A DNA stretch of 64,000 nt from an uncultured Chloroflexia bacterium (GTDB taxonomy: Bacteria > Chloroflexota > Anaerolineae > Anaerolineales > UBA11579): the NCBI GenBank assembly GCA_963797275.1, contig CAWCOT010000006.1:64640-128639 (forward strand), given 5' to 3'. The stretch's first letter is position 1; each line of letters starts with the position of its first letter. A program made the position numbers and the translations under genes. The notes beneath the pieces are model-generated. The model was not told the DNA's origin. It searched no databases and worked only from the letters and a program-made list of their open reading frames with translations. Of this stretch, positions 49,411 through 59,370 are shown in pieces.

Positions 49411-49902
49411 TTATTCTTCGGAGGGTTTGCCTTTACGCAAAAGATAGATAGCAAAGACGAAAGCCAGGATCAGGAAGGTAAGCAAGCCAAGTTCGAGCAT
49501 GACCAATTGGAACTCGACGGCGGCGTCGGCTGTAGGGCGGGTCTGCTCGGCAGTGATTATGAGTAAACGCCGAATGGTGGCGATAAGGCCGATGACCAGC
49601 AAGGGTTCGCTGGACAGGATGTGTTCGCGCAGGGAGATACCAACGGTGTGAAGAATCTCGACCAGCATCAGGACCAGCAGTAAGTTATCCAAAGTGGTCA
49701 GAATGGCGCCGCGCAAATCTTCCCGGAAGAGAAGCAGGAAATCCTGGACTGCAGCCACCAGCAAGATAGCGGCTGCTCCGATGAGCACAAGTCCAGTGGC
49801 AAAATAGATTACATCTTCAGCGCGCGAGAGCCACACGCTGACGGCGCGACTCCAGTTGGTTTTTAGCGGCAAATCCTGATTGTTCGAGTTGGCTTTAGGC
49901 AA
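49411..49902 (-). CDS. PsiE-family membrane protein
   Basis: Four helices; LLLVLMLVEILHTV...LIATIRRLLI pattern. Confidence 0.5.
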   Translation of the reverse strand: MPKANSNNQDLPLKTNWSRAVSVWLSRAEDVIYFATGLVLIGAAAILLVAAVQDFLLLFREDLRGAILTTLDNLLLVLMLVEILHTVGISLREHILSSEPLLVIGLIATIRRLLIITAEQTRPTADAAVEFQLVMLELGLLTFLILAFVFAIYLLRKGKPSEE

Positions 49903-50067
49903 AGCACTCTCCTGACTGATAAGCCCAGGCTTTATCGGTATGAGAATTTTACAAGGCGAGCAGTGGAAGAGTCAACCGTCGCGCCACTGAGCTGGCGGCC
50001 TTTGGGCGTTTCGTGCGGCTCCCCCTGTAGGCGGCAGGGGGAGAATCTCGCCGTCCCCCGATTTTAT

Positions 50068-50706
50068 TTAGGAGTCCTTTTCGATCGGGTGACGCAAGAC
50101 CGTCCTAAGGCGCTCGGGCTTGGTGCGGCTGGGGTCATTGAGGTAGATCTCGTGGTGTTTGCCATGCGCCCGGTAGCCATTCTGATTGCCGAAATCGATC
50201 ATGCGCAGGATGTTGGCGAGTTCGTCGGCATATGGGCCAAGGTGCATGAGCTGCGTGCTGAGTCCCTCATCAAAGGCTTCAAAGCGCGCCTCTCCCAAGC
50301 GTACCGGATTCTTTTTGGCGCGTAATTGCTCGCTAGCCTGCTCAAAGAGGTCAGCGGTGACCGGCTGGGGCTGCATGATCATCGCGGTGAAGTACCAATC
50401 CTCGTCGTGACTGACCTTAAATTCCTTATGGCTGTTCTTGGTCCACCATAAGCCCTCCAAGGGCATAACCGCATAATCAATGGGGTCCTCGGCGCGCTTT
50501 TTGATGCTGAACTTCAGCGTATAGGACAGGCCGTAAAGAACCTCTATGGCCCCAAAATAATCCGGGGCTTTGTCCACCGGCGTGTTGGCCGGGATGGTGC
50601 CGTCCAGCATGATGAAGTTAAAGCGTGGCACATCCACAACGACTACCTGTTTGGAACTGGCGTTATAGAGTTGCTTATATTGTTTTTTAAGATCAAGCCT
50701 TTGGAT
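50068..50706 (-). CDS. GyrI-like small-molecule-binding domain protein (start codon unresolved)
   Basis: EGLWWT...DWYFTAMIMQP...EARFEAFDEGLSTQLMHLGPY is GyrI-like. Family-typical N-terminal sequence (RLDLKKQYKQLYNASSKQVVVVDVP) lies upstream of the first canonical start (GTG 50637). AGGAGA, 6 nt, then ATC at 50706. Confidence 0.6.
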   Translation of the reverse strand: MQRLDLKKQYKQLYNASSKQVVVVDVPRFNFIMLDGTIPANTPVDKAPDYFGAIEVLYGLSYTLKFSIKKRAEDPIDYAVMPLEGLWWTKNSHKEFKVSHDEDWYFTAMIMQPQPVTADLFEQASEQLRAKKNPVRLGEARFEAFDEGLSTQLMHLGPYADELANILRMIDFGNQNGYRAHGKHHEIYLNDPSRTKPERLRTVLRHPIEKDS

Positions 50707-50731
50707 TTTTAATCTCCTAATCAGTTAACGG

Positions 50732-51265
50732 TTAATCACTGATTTGGCTTTCCAGGCGAGGGATGTAGCGATCGAGCCATTCAAGCTCGGCCTGAGCCAG
50801 GTTATAGCCATATTCGTACATGCCCTCCAAAAAGACTGGCAGCTGCTCCGCTTGCTGCCAGGTGGCCTCCACCTCGTCGCGGCGCCGGATGACCTGTTTG
50901 CGGTATTTACGCAGGGCGGTAACCACTTCTTGAGGCGAAAGGCCAGGGATGCCGGCCAGCCCCAATAAGAATGGCGAGCCGGTAGCAGGTACCGCCAGCA
51001 TCTCCAATGTAGCCTGGCGCCAGGCTTTCTGGCCTCTGGTTGTCACGCTAAATACTTTGCGCTGTGGGCCGCGACCGGCGGCCGGCTGCGGTTGGCTGCG
51101 CACCAAGCCGCGCTTCTCCAGCTTTTGCAGGATGTAGTAAATGGACGAGAAACCTACCTCGGTCCAGTTGCGCATACCGCGCTGCTCGATGAGTTGCTCC
51201 ATCTCGTAACCATGGCGGGGAGCTTCAACTACCATTCCCAGGATGGCCAATTCAGCGTTCGTCAT
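50732..51265 (-). CDS. PadR-family transcriptional regulator
   Basis: ILGMVVEAPRHGYEM...YYILQKLEKRGLV winged-helix region. Confidence 0.85.
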   Translation of the reverse strand: MTNAELAILGMVVEAPRHGYEMEQLIEQRGMRNWTEVGFSSIYYILQKLEKRGLVRSQPQPAAGRGPQRKVFSVTTRGQKAWRQATLEMLAVPATGSPFLLGLAGIPGLSPQEVVTALRKYRKQVIRRRDEVEATWQQAEQLPVFLEGMYEYGYNLAQAELEWLDRYIPRLESQISD

Positions 51266-51288
51266 AATATTCTAGTACTAGAATATTA
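51265..51288. promoter_or_regulatory. 24-bp perfect palindrome abutting the padR start codon (candidate PadR operator)
   Basis: TAATATTCTAGTACTAGAATATTA is identical to its reverse complement. It lies in the padR/recO divergent region. Confidence 0.6.
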
Positions 51289-51341
51289 CAGATGCGTTGT
51301 CATGTCAACTATTGCCGAACCGAGGAATGTATACTTTCTGC

Positions 51342-52106
51342 ATGTCACGCCAGGTACGTTCGCAGCGCGTAGAAGCCATCGTGCTCAAGCACAGCGATTT
51401 CGGCGAGGCCGACCGGTTGCTGACGCTGTTCACACGCGAGCAGGGCAAGCTGCGCGCCCTGGCCAAGGGCGCCCGCAAACCCGGCTCGCGTAAAGGCGGA
51501 CACCTGGAACCGTTCACACGCGCCCGTCTACAGTTGGCTACAGGCCGCGATCTGTACATCGTCAGCCAGGCGGAGGCCATCGAAACCCACACGGCGCTCA
51601 GCGAGAACCTGGAGGCCCTGGGCTACGCCTCCTACGCGGCCGAGCTGCTGGACAAGTTCAGTACGGAAGGGGACGCCAACGCCGCGCTGTATCGGCTGCT
51701 ACGCGACACGCTGGGCCGCCTGGCGGTCGGCGAGGAGATGCGGCTGGCCGTGCGTTATTACGAAGTGCGCCTGCTGGACCAGGTGGGCTTTCGACCCGAA
51801 TTGCAAAAGTGTTTGCATTGCGGCAAGTCGATCCAGCCAGAAGACCAATATTTCTCCTTCGAGCAGGGCGGCGTGCTGTGTCCCACTTGCGGGAAAGCCG
51901 AAAATTGGACCAAGCCTATCTCTATGCCGGCACTGAAAGTGCTGCGGCATCTGCAGCGCAGCGGCTACGGAGAAGCGCAGCGGGCCAAGCCCACGCCCGC
52001 AGTGCAAACGGAGCTAGAAGTACTGATGAACGCTTACATCACCTATTTGTTGGAACGCAGCCTGAACAGCCCGCGCTTCCTCCAGCGGGTTCGCAGAGCA
52101 AGCTAG
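51342..52106 (+). CDS. recO: DNA repair protein RecO
   Basis: EAIVLKHSDFGEADRLLTLFTRE OB-fold N-terminus and zinc motif CLHCG...CPTCG. Confidence 0.9.
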   Translation: MSRQVRSQRVEAIVLKHSDFGEADRLLTLFTREQGKLRALAKGARKPGSRKGGHLEPFTRARLQLATGRDLYIVSQAEAIETHTALSENLEALGYASYAAELLDKFSTEGDANAALYRLLRDTLGRLAVGEEMRLAVRYYEVRLLDQVGFRPELQKCLHCGKSIQPEDQYFSFEQGGVLCPTCGKAENWTKPISMPALKVLRHLQRSGYGEAQRAKPTPAVQTELEVLMNAYITYLLERSLNSPRFLQRVRRAS

Positions 52107-52119
52107 GGAACGGGAGAGT

Positions 52120-52515
52120 ATGGACGCCAACTTGACCCATATCCGTCTATTGGTAGATGACATCGAGGGGTCTCGTAACTTCTACATGGGGAAGTTCGGG
52201 CTTAGCGAGCAGCTAACGGTGGTGGAAGGCATCTACTACGAACTGGTCGCTGGACCTTGCATATTGGCGCTGTACAAGCGCGAGCTAATGGAAAGCGTTG
52301 GGGGAGTGCCGGCGGCAAGTGAGCAAGCGGTCGATAAAGTAGCGCTCACTTTCCAGGTGGAGGATGTGGATACGGCTTATTCCGAATTGAAGGCCAAAGG
52401 CGTGGCTTTCGTAACCGAGCCGCACGACCAGGAAGCCTGGGTACTACGTGTGGCGCACCTGCGCGACCCGGAAGGCAACCTGATCGAGATCAACGCGCCG
52501 CTGAAGAAAGGGTAG
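52120..52515 (+). CDS. VOC/glyoxalase-family protein
   Basis: THIRLLVDDIEGSRNFY and LRDPEGNLIEI beta-alpha-beta-beta-beta modules. Confidence 0.8.
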   Translation: MDANLTHIRLLVDDIEGSRNFYMGKFGLSEQLTVVEGIYYELVAGPCILALYKRELMESVGGVPAASEQAVDKVALTFQVEDVDTAYSELKAKGVAFVTEPHDQEAWVLRVAHLRDPEGNLIEINAPLKKG

Positions 52516-52536
52516 CCGCCGTCCAAGGAGGACAAC

Positions 52537-53085
52537 ATGAATGCTCAAGGTAAACCAACTGAACAAGATGTGAAGCAGAGTCTAGAGGAATTGACCGACG
52601 TTGAACGGGAAGTGCTGCGTCTGCTTAGAGCCCAGAAACCCATAAGCCGCAATGTCACCAAAGAATTCAGAGAGCATCTCACTTTTGGACAGCGCATGGC
52701 GGACCGCATCGCCAGTTTCGGCGGCTCGTGGACATTCATCATTATTTTCCTAGTAACGCTGGCGTTTTGGGTAGTGCTGAATTCTTTTATCCTGGCCAAG
52801 CAAGGCGCGGCATTCGACCCTTACCCCTATATCCTGCTTAATCTTTTCCTGTCTATGCTAGCCTCACTACAGGCCCCGTTGATACTAATGTCACAGAATC
52901 GACAGGCTATTAAGGACAGGGCCAACGCCGAGCACGATTACGAAGTCAATCTAAAGGCGGAAATGGAGATCACAGCCTTGCACCAGAAGATAGACGACCT
53001 GCGCGTGAAGCAATGGCAGGAATTGCTCGAAATCCAGGAGCGTCAGATCGCTTTACTTCAAGACATCGTAAACCAGGGCAAATAA
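52537..53085 (+). CDS. DUF1003 membrane protein
   Basis: FGQRMADRIASFGGSWTFIIIF...LNLFLSMLASLQAPLILMSQNRQ is characteristic of DUF1003. Confidence 0.75.
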   Translation: MNAQGKPTEQDVKQSLEELTDVEREVLRLLRAQKPISRNVTKEFREHLTFGQRMADRIASFGGSWTFIIIFLVTLAFWVVLNSFILAKQGAAFDPYPYILLNLFLSMLASLQAPLILMSQNRQAIKDRANAEHDYEVNLKAEMEITALHQKIDDLRVKQWQELLEIQERQIALLQDIVNQGK

Positions 53086-53131
53086 GCCTTTGAGGTAACC
53101 CGAAAGGAGTGTCGAGGAGACCTCGCCACTG

Positions 53132-56100
53132 CTAGAAACCCTCGAGCTTTGAGAAATCGGCCACGCCGTCGGCCAACGTGGCGATACGCTGCAAAAGTCC
53201 CAAGCGATTGCTCTTGAGACCCTCATCTTCGGCCATGACCAGCACTTCCTCAAAGAAGGTGTTGATGACGGGAATCATTGGCATAAACGCTTTCAGGAAG
53301 GCATCCACGGAACCATTGAAGGGTTTTGCCTCTTCGGCTTTTTGCAAAGCCGCGTAGAGCTGTTTTTCGCCTTTATCTTGGAACTTGGCGGGGTCGACCA
53401 TGTAGGTTTCACCCAAATCGCGGGTAATGCGCACGCAGCGCGAGAAACCAGGCAGCACTTCAGCCCAGGCTTTGTGTTGCACGTGTTTGTTGAGCTGCCC
53501 CACGGCCCGGGCGGCCGCCGCCGGGACGTGACTCTGGGCGGCCAGCACGGCATCCACTACATCGTAGGAAGCGCCGTCCTCCAGCAGTAGGGCACGCAGG
53601 CGCTGGACGACGAAATCTAGGGTCTTGACCTTGGCCTCTTCGCTGACCACCACTTGCTGGACGACAGCAGCCTGTTGAATGCCCCGGCGCAGATCGAAGT
53701 CTATGTCGGCGGCGATGAGGTTCTGCACCAGGCCAATGGCGGCGCGCCGTTGAGCGAAAGCATCCTTGGCGCCGGTGGGTTCCATCCCCATAGCGAACAA
53801 GCCGATAAGGCTGTCTAGGCGGTCAGCCAAACCAACCACAAGGCCGGGCCGCGTGGATGGAGGGGCATCGCCGGAAAATCGCGGCAGATAATGTTCAAAA
53901 ATGGCTTCGGTCACCTCGGGTTCTTCGCCGGATTCAAGCGCATAGTATTTGCCCATCACGCCCTGCAGAGAGGTCATCTCGACCACCATTTTGGTGACCA
54001 GGTCAGCTTTACACAAGTGTGCGGCTCGCTGGGAGGTGGCGGTGTCCGCCTCGCCCAGCCCGAGAGAGGCACTCAGTTCTTTGGCCAGGGCCTCGATGCG
54101 TTGAGTCTTGTCCCACATGGAGCCGAGGTCTTTTTGGAATGTGAGCTGCTTGAGGCTGTCCAAGTAATATTCAAGCTTGTGCTCGCGATCTTTGCGCACA
54201 AAGTAAGCCGCGTCGGTGAAGCGGGCACGAATCACATCCTCATTGCCAGCGGTTACAGCAGCCTTATCAAATTGGCCGTTGCCGACGATTATGAATTTAT
54301 TGAGCAGCCTGTCACCCTTTCGCACGTGGAAATAGCGTTGGTGCTTCTTCATCACGGCGATGAGGACTTCATGGGGCAGCTCAAGGAACTTGGCCTCGAA
54401 TTCGCCCAGCAGGGCAGTAGGAGCTTCAACCAGCTCGGTGACCTCATCCAGCAGGCTGGGGTCGTCGGGTACCTGACCGCCGGTCAGCTTGGCCAATACG
54501 GCCACCTGGTCGGCGATGGCTTGCCGGCGGGCGTCCACGTCCAGCAGGATGCCCTGCTTCTTGAGCTTGGTGAAATAGTCGTTGGGGGAAGTAACAGTGA
54601 ATGTTTCATCTCTGCCAAGGCGCAGCCCGCGGCTGGCGGCTGCGCTATGCAAACCGGCGTATTCAATGGGCACCAGGTGCTCACCATGCAGAGCCAGCAG
54701 CCAGCGGATAGGCCGCGAGAAGACCACGCCGCTGGCATTCCAACGCATGGATTTCTCAAAGGTGATCGAGGCAATCAACTTGGGTAACTCAGCGGCCAGC
54801 AACTCGGCAGCGCTAAGCCCTTTATGGTGCACGTGGGCTACCACGTACTCGCCGCCGTCAATCTGTTCAACCTTGAGAGCACTCATGGCAACAGCCTGGC
54901 CGCGGGCAAAGCCCTCGGCGGCGGCGGTGGGGTTACCATCCGCGGTAAAGGCTCGCGAGGCGGGCGGACCCTTCACCATCTCGTCACGGTCCGGCTGGCG
55001 AGCTGCCAAGTCGGACACATGAACAACCAGCCTGCGCGGGGTGCCCTCCACCTTTAGTAATTTATGTTCCAAATGCTGTTCGGTTAACAAAGTCACAAAA
55101 GCTTGCTGTAATTGCGCCAGTGCGCTATTCACATCAGCGGCGGGCAACTCTTCGGTGCCAATCTCAAGCAGAAAATCGGTGGGGACTTTGGGGCCAGCGA
55201 TCTTCTTTGCTGATCTGGCAGTTTTGGAAGGCGCTCCAGCAGTTGCTTCCAGCCAGGGAAATTCTTGCCGCTGGCGCTCGGCGACGTAGGCTTCAGCCAC
55301 CTGATGGGAGAGTGAGCGCATTCGACGGAAATAGGCCTGGCGCTCGGTGACGCCGATGGCGCCGCGGGCGTCAAGCACATTGAAGGCGTGGGAAGTCCTG
55401 AGTACATAATCATAGGCAGGCAGCAGGATGCCCGCCTCTAGGGCGGCCTTGGCCTCAGCTTCGAAGAGTTCGGCCATTTGGCGCAGGCGATCCACGTCAG
55501 CCACTTCAAAATAATATTTGCTGTGTTCGCGTTCGCCCTGGATGAGCAAATCGCCCCAGGAGCGCTGCCCACCTCTGGTGGGCTGGTTCCAACGCAGGTC
55601 ACCCACATAGTGCACGTTCTGCATCGCCATGGCGATGCGGTCCATGCCATAGGTGATCTCTACCGAAGCCGGGTCCAGAGTGATGCCGCCGGATTGCTGG
55701 AAATAGGTGAACTGGGTAATTTCCAGGCCGTCCAGCCACACCTCCCAGCCTAGACCCCAGGCCCCAATAGCGGGTGAAGCCCAGTTGTCTTCCACAAAAC
55801 GGATGTCGTGCTTGTCAACGTCTACGCCGATGGCAGTCAGAGAGCGCAGGTAAACCTCTTGCGGGTCGCCTGGATCGGGCTTCAGGATGACCTGGAACTG
55901 GGTGAACTGCTGCAGCCGGTTAGGGTTCTCGCCATAGCGTCCGTCATCCGGGCGTACGGAAGGCTCAACATAGGCAACGTTCCATGGTTCGGGGCCCAGG
56001 ACACGTAGAAAAGTCGCAGGGTTCATGGTGCCCGCGCCGACCTTTTCATTGTAAGGCTGCCACAGGACACAACCCCAATCCGCCCAATATTGCTGCAGGC

Positions 56101-56167
56101 GGGCGATGATGGTTTGGAAATCAGGAGGAAGCTGCTTGGTTGCGATCTTCTTAGTTTTTTTAGCCAT
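53132..56167 (-). CDS. glyQS: Glycine-tRNA ligase, fused alpha-beta (GlyQ-GlyS) polypeptide
   Basis: The N-terminal ~300 aa is GlyQ ([27 protein letters not shown]..., FQVILKP). The remainder is GlyS (EIGTEELPA, anticodon-binding C-terminus). A single 1011-aa ORF. Confidence 0.92.
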   Translation of the reverse strand: MAKKTKKIATKQLPPDFQTIIARLQQYWADWGCVLWQPYNEKVGAGTMNPATFLRVLGPEPWNVAYVEPSVRPDDGRYGENPNRLQQFTQFQVILKPDPGDPQEVYLRSLTAIGVDVDKHDIRFVEDNWASPAIGAWGLGWEVWLDGLEITQFTYFQQSGGITLDPASVEITYGMDRIAMAMQNVHYVGDLRWNQPTRGGQRSWGDLLIQGEREHSKYYFEVADVDRLRQMAELFEAEAKAALEAGILLPAYDYVLRTSHAFNVLDARGAIGVTERQAYFRRMRSLSHQVAEAYVAERQRQEFPWLEATAGAPSKTARSAKKIAGPKVPTDFLLEIGTEELPAADVNSALAQLQQAFVTLLTEQHLEHKLLKVEGTPRRLVVHVSDLAARQPDRDEMVKGPPASRAFTADGNPTAAAEGFARGQAVAMSALKVEQIDGGEYVVAHVHHKGLSAAELLAAELPKLIASITFEKSMRWNASGVVFSRPIRWLLALHGEHLVPIEYAGLHSAAASRGLRLGRDETFTVTSPNDYFTKLKKQGILLDVDARRQAIADQVAVLAKLTGGQVPDDPSLLDEVTELVEAPTALLGEFEAKFLELPHEVLIAVMKKHQRYFHVRKGDRLLNKFIIVGNGQFDKAAVTAGNEDVIRARFTDAAYFVRKDREHKLEYYLDSLKQLTFQKDLGSMWDKTQRIEALAKELSASLGLGEADTATSQRAAHLCKADLVTKMVVEMTSLQGVMGKYYALESGEEPEVTEAIFEHYLPRFSGDAPPSTRPGLVVGLADRLDSLIGLFAMGMEPTGAKDAFAQRRAAIGLVQNLIAADIDFDLRRGIQQAAVVQQVVVSEEAKVKTLDFVVQRLRALLLEDGASYDVVDAVLAAQSHVPAAAARAVGQLNKHVQHKAWAEVLPGFSRCVRITRDLGETYMVDPAKFQDKGEKQLYAALQKAEEAKPFNGSVDAFLKAFMPMIPVINTFFEEVLVMAEDEGLKSNRLGLLQRIATLADGVADFSKLEGF

Positions 56168-56252
56168 TGAGGTGATTATATGCCAGGGCGCGGAGAATCA
56201 AAGACCGGCAGAATAGGGCTGTTCCAAATTGATGAGCCCGAAAATATAAGGA

Positions 56253-57074
56253 TCAGCGGCGGCGGGAAGACTGGAAGGTGTAGAAACCCAAGCCTGCGCC
56301 AGCTAGAATGAGCACGATACCCAGCAGTCCGATAAGCGGCGAGCGGCCGCCCTCCTCGGGAGTCAGCACATTGAAGCCCCCGGAAGTGCTTTGTTGGGCA
56401 CCAAAATTGATATTTTGGGTCTGGCCGGCGGCCAGTTGGATGGTGGTGTCACGGGCGGTGGTGGGGTTGTATCCGTCGGGCAAAGCGACGCTAACCGTAT
56501 ATTCCCCCAAAGGCAGGTCTTCAAAGCAGGTTCGCACCGGGTCGCCAGCATCGTCTACCGACGCTTGCGTGGCGTCGGACTGCGACGCCAGCCCCGTGCG
56601 TTCGTTGGCGCTGGCTTGTCCATCGGCGATGCCGAACTCGGTTTCCTGGCGCATGGCGTCCCCATTTTCATCGTTAAACAACAGCACGCAAATGCTGCCC
56701 GTTCCAGGGGTCTGCGGCGGGATGGTGGCAACCACTTCGTTTTCGGGGCTGGTGGGAATCGCTGTGGCTGTGGGCACCTGCTCGCTGGCTAAACCCAGCA
56801 AGGCTGTTTGGCCTACGGCCAAGACGGTGTCGCCAGTCCAATTGTTTAGGGCTTGCAAGGTTAGCAGTTCAATGCCGAACCTGGAGGCAATCCCGATCTG
56901 GGTATCGCCCGCCTGTATGGTGTAAAGGATGCGGCCATCTTCACCGGCAGTAGGCATGGACTCGGTAGTAGCCTGGAAGGCAAGGGCGGATTGAGGTGTG
57001 CTAAACACCAGCAGGGCCAAAATGAGCAGGCAGATTGGCAACGCAGACCACAGAAACGACTTATATTTGCGCAT
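56253..57074 (-). CDS. Secreted LysM-domain protein with C-terminal membrane anchor
   Basis: Signal peptide, LysM (YTIQAGDTQIGIASRFGIELLTLQALN), and a C-terminal TM helix followed by RRR. Confidence 0.7.
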   Translation of the reverse strand: MRKYKSFLWSALPICLLILALLVFSTPQSALAFQATTESMPTAGEDGRILYTIQAGDTQIGIASRFGIELLTLQALNNWTGDTVLAVGQTALLGLASEQVPTATAIPTSPENEVVATIPPQTPGTGSICVLLFNDENGDAMRQETEFGIADGQASANERTGLASQSDATQASVDDAGDPVRTCFEDLPLGEYTVSVALPDGYNPTTARDTTIQLAAGQTQNINFGAQQSTSGGFNVLTPEEGGRSPLIGLLGIVLILAGAGLGFYTFQSSRRR

Positions 57075-57129
57075 CGCGCGGATTATATCAGCCGGACACT
57101 ATAATTGATTCGACCTTTGAGGCGCATTT

Positions 57130-58107
57130 GTGAGCACCCAGGCGCTAACCCTGCCCAAAAGCTTCCCTGTCAACCTGCGGCCTTTTGACATTCGCCGAGA
57201 CCTTTCGGCTGTGGCTGACTTGGTGGAGTTGTGCTTTGCCGACAGCCTGGATGCGGATGGGCGCCTTTACATCCGGCAGATGCGCCAGGCGGCCCGAGGG
57301 GGCCCGCTGATGGAACTGGCCGCAGCAGGCAGCCGCAGGGTAGACCTGCCAATGAGCGGGTATGTGTGGATCCAAGACGAGCATCTGGTGGGCAACCTCA
57401 GCCTGGTGCCCCACCGCCATCGGGGACGCTGGCTGTACCTGATCGCCAATGTGGCGGTGCATCCAGATTACCGCAGGCACGGCATCGCCCTGGCTCTCAC
57501 CCAGGCGGCGCTGCAAGAGGTGCAGGAGCGCGGCCGACACGAAACCTGGCTGCAGGTGGACGAGGACAATGCGGCCGCGGTGGACCTGTACTTGCAGATG
57601 GGTTTTACTGAGAGAATGCGGCGGACCTCCTGGCGGGCGCACATGCAATCCGTCCCGGACCTAATGCAAGGCAAGATTTCTATAGAGCCTCCGCGGGTCG
57701 AGGATTGGTCAACGCAGCAAGCCTGGTTGGAAGTGAATTTCCCGCCCGAGATGCGCTGGCAATTACCCCTGGACGTAAAGCTGCTTCGCCCGGGCTGGCG
57801 CGGTACTTTAGAACGGGCCTTTAGCGAACGGCAAATCCACCAGTGGGCGGCTTTTCAAAACGAGCAACTGCTGGGCGTTTTAAGCTGGCAATCTTCAGTG
57901 CTGGAAGCTGACCGGCTGTGGCTGGCTGCAACCGCCGAAGACGAAGATGAAGCCATTCCAGCCTTGATGAGCAAAGCTTACGCCGAATTATTCGCCGCGC
58001 GGCCCCTGGCCTTGAACTACCCAGCCGGCAGGGCGGTGAATGCGCTGCAAGCAGCCGGCTTCCACGCGGTGCGGACGCTGATCTGGATGGATTACCCCTG
58101 GTCATGA
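57130..58107 (+). CDS. GNAT-family N-acetyltransferase (two-lobed, 325 aa)
   Basis: VAVHPDYRRHGIALALTQAAL acetyl-CoA-binding motif. GTG start. Confidence 0.75.
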   Translation: MSTQALTLPKSFPVNLRPFDIRRDLSAVADLVELCFADSLDADGRLYIRQMRQAARGGPLMELAAAGSRRVDLPMSGYVWIQDEHLVGNLSLVPHRHRGRWLYLIANVAVHPDYRRHGIALALTQAALQEVQERGRHETWLQVDEDNAAAVDLYLQMGFTERMRRTSWRAHMQSVPDLMQGKISIEPPRVEDWSTQQAWLEVNFPPEMRWQLPLDVKLLRPGWRGTLERAFSERQIHQWAAFQNEQLLGVLSWQSSVLEADRLWLAATAEDEDEAIPALMSKAYAELFAARPLALNYPAGRAVNALQAAGFHAVRTLIWMDYPWS

Positions 58108-58520
58108 TTAACGACGCACAATCAATAAGAAGGCTGTTGGCGGACGCGCAGGTGATCGCGGTGGTGGGTCATTCCGATAAGCCCTATCGCACTAGCTACG
58201 GCATTGGGCAATACTTGCGCGAAGCTGGCTATCGCGTGTACCCCGTAAATCCCACGTTAAAAGTCATCGATGGCCAGCCTTGCTTTGCCAGCCTGGCCGA
58301 AGTCCCGGAGCCCATCGATATTGTGGATGTGTTCCGGCGCTCAGAATATCTTGATGAAGTGGTAACTGGGGCCATTGCGGCGGGCGCCAAAGCCGTGTGG
58401 GCGCAGTTGGGCGTCTACGACGAGGCGGCAGGCATCAAGGCGGAATCTGCCGGCCTACAGGTGGTGATGGACCGCTGTATCATGGTGGATCACCGGAGGC
58501 TGATTCGAACCAATAAATAA
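58104..58520 (+). CDS. CoA-binding domain protein (YccU-like)
   Basis: IAVVGHSDKPYRTSYGIGQYL...VYPVNP...VDVFR pattern. ATGA overlap with the GNAT stop. Confidence 0.8.
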   Translation: MINDAQSIRRLLADAQVIAVVGHSDKPYRTSYGIGQYLREAGYRVYPVNPTLKVIDGQPCFASLAEVPEPIDIVDVFRRSEYLDEVVTGAIAAGAKAVWAQLGVYDEAAGIKAESAGLQVVMDRCIMVDHRRLIRTNK

Positions 58521-58565
58521 GAAAAGAGCTTGCTCGGCGCAAGCTCTTTTCTTTATAGAAGAGTA

Positions 58566-59153
58566 TTAGGCTTCGCTCTTGGCTTTTTCCCGCTTGGGAC
58601 TGCGTTGGGTAACCCAACCCCAAGGTGTGCCAATCCACGGAAGCAGGAAGTAATCCAAGCCGATGTAACCGGAGATCTTCCAGGCCATGATGAGGCCCAG
58701 CGCCAGGATGAACAGGACCGGGTTGGTGCTGGCAGAACCAGCCAACATATAGTTGAAGTTCATCAGGCCGCCAAAGAAAGCGGCGACGCCAGTGAAAGCG
58801 CCCAAAATGAGGGCGATGCCGACTATCAGTTCGCCGTAGGACACCAACTTGGCAAACCAAGTGTAGGACTGAGTGTCCAGAAGGAACTGCAGGAACGAAC
58901 GGTACCAGTCAAACGAGATGGCTGGGCGACCCTCCGCAGGGATAGCAACTGCGCCAAGCCAGTAACCCTTGAGGGCATCGCCAGTACCAACCCAGGCCGC
59001 ACTTTCGATCTTGTGCAGACCAGCTTCGATCCACTGGTAACCAACCCACACACGGACGATCAGCCAGAAAATAGCCAGGCGAGTGTCATTGAACAGTGTG
59101 CGGATAAAACCGGGATCTTGAATAACACGACCTCTTTGCATAGTTGATGCCAT
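58566..59153 (-). CDS. DoxX/DoxD-family membrane protein
   Basis: Four helices; RVWVGYQWIEAGLHKI motif. Confidence 0.6.
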   Translation of the reverse strand: MASTMQRGRVIQDPGFIRTLFNDTRLAIFWLIVRVWVGYQWIEAGLHKIESAAWVGTGDALKGYWLGAVAIPAEGRPAISFDWYRSFLQFLLDTQSYTWFAKLVSYGELIVGIALILGAFTGVAAFFGGLMNFNYMLAGSASTNPVLFILALGLIMAWKISGYIGLDYFLLPWIGTPWGWVTQRSPKREKAKSEA

Positions 59154-59370
59154 TACTGCCTCCTTGATTCGCTTCAGGCGAATCCTTAATCAAGTTGGGG
59201 CTACTTTAACCCCAAACCATTTTAGCAGCAGGTACAGGTGTCCACTCATTTGTCCCAAGATTCATGGGACAGAATCTTCATTGTGAAAAAATAAACAATG
59301 GACATTAGACAGGATGATTCAGGGGCATGCGACCTCTACAATTAGGCGCAATAAAGGAGATAATCTAAGC

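Noticed and set aside
56168-56252. T-box leader upstream of glyQS.
   Set aside because: Only 85 nt are available, with no specifier/antiterminator architecture. This is too short for a T-box.
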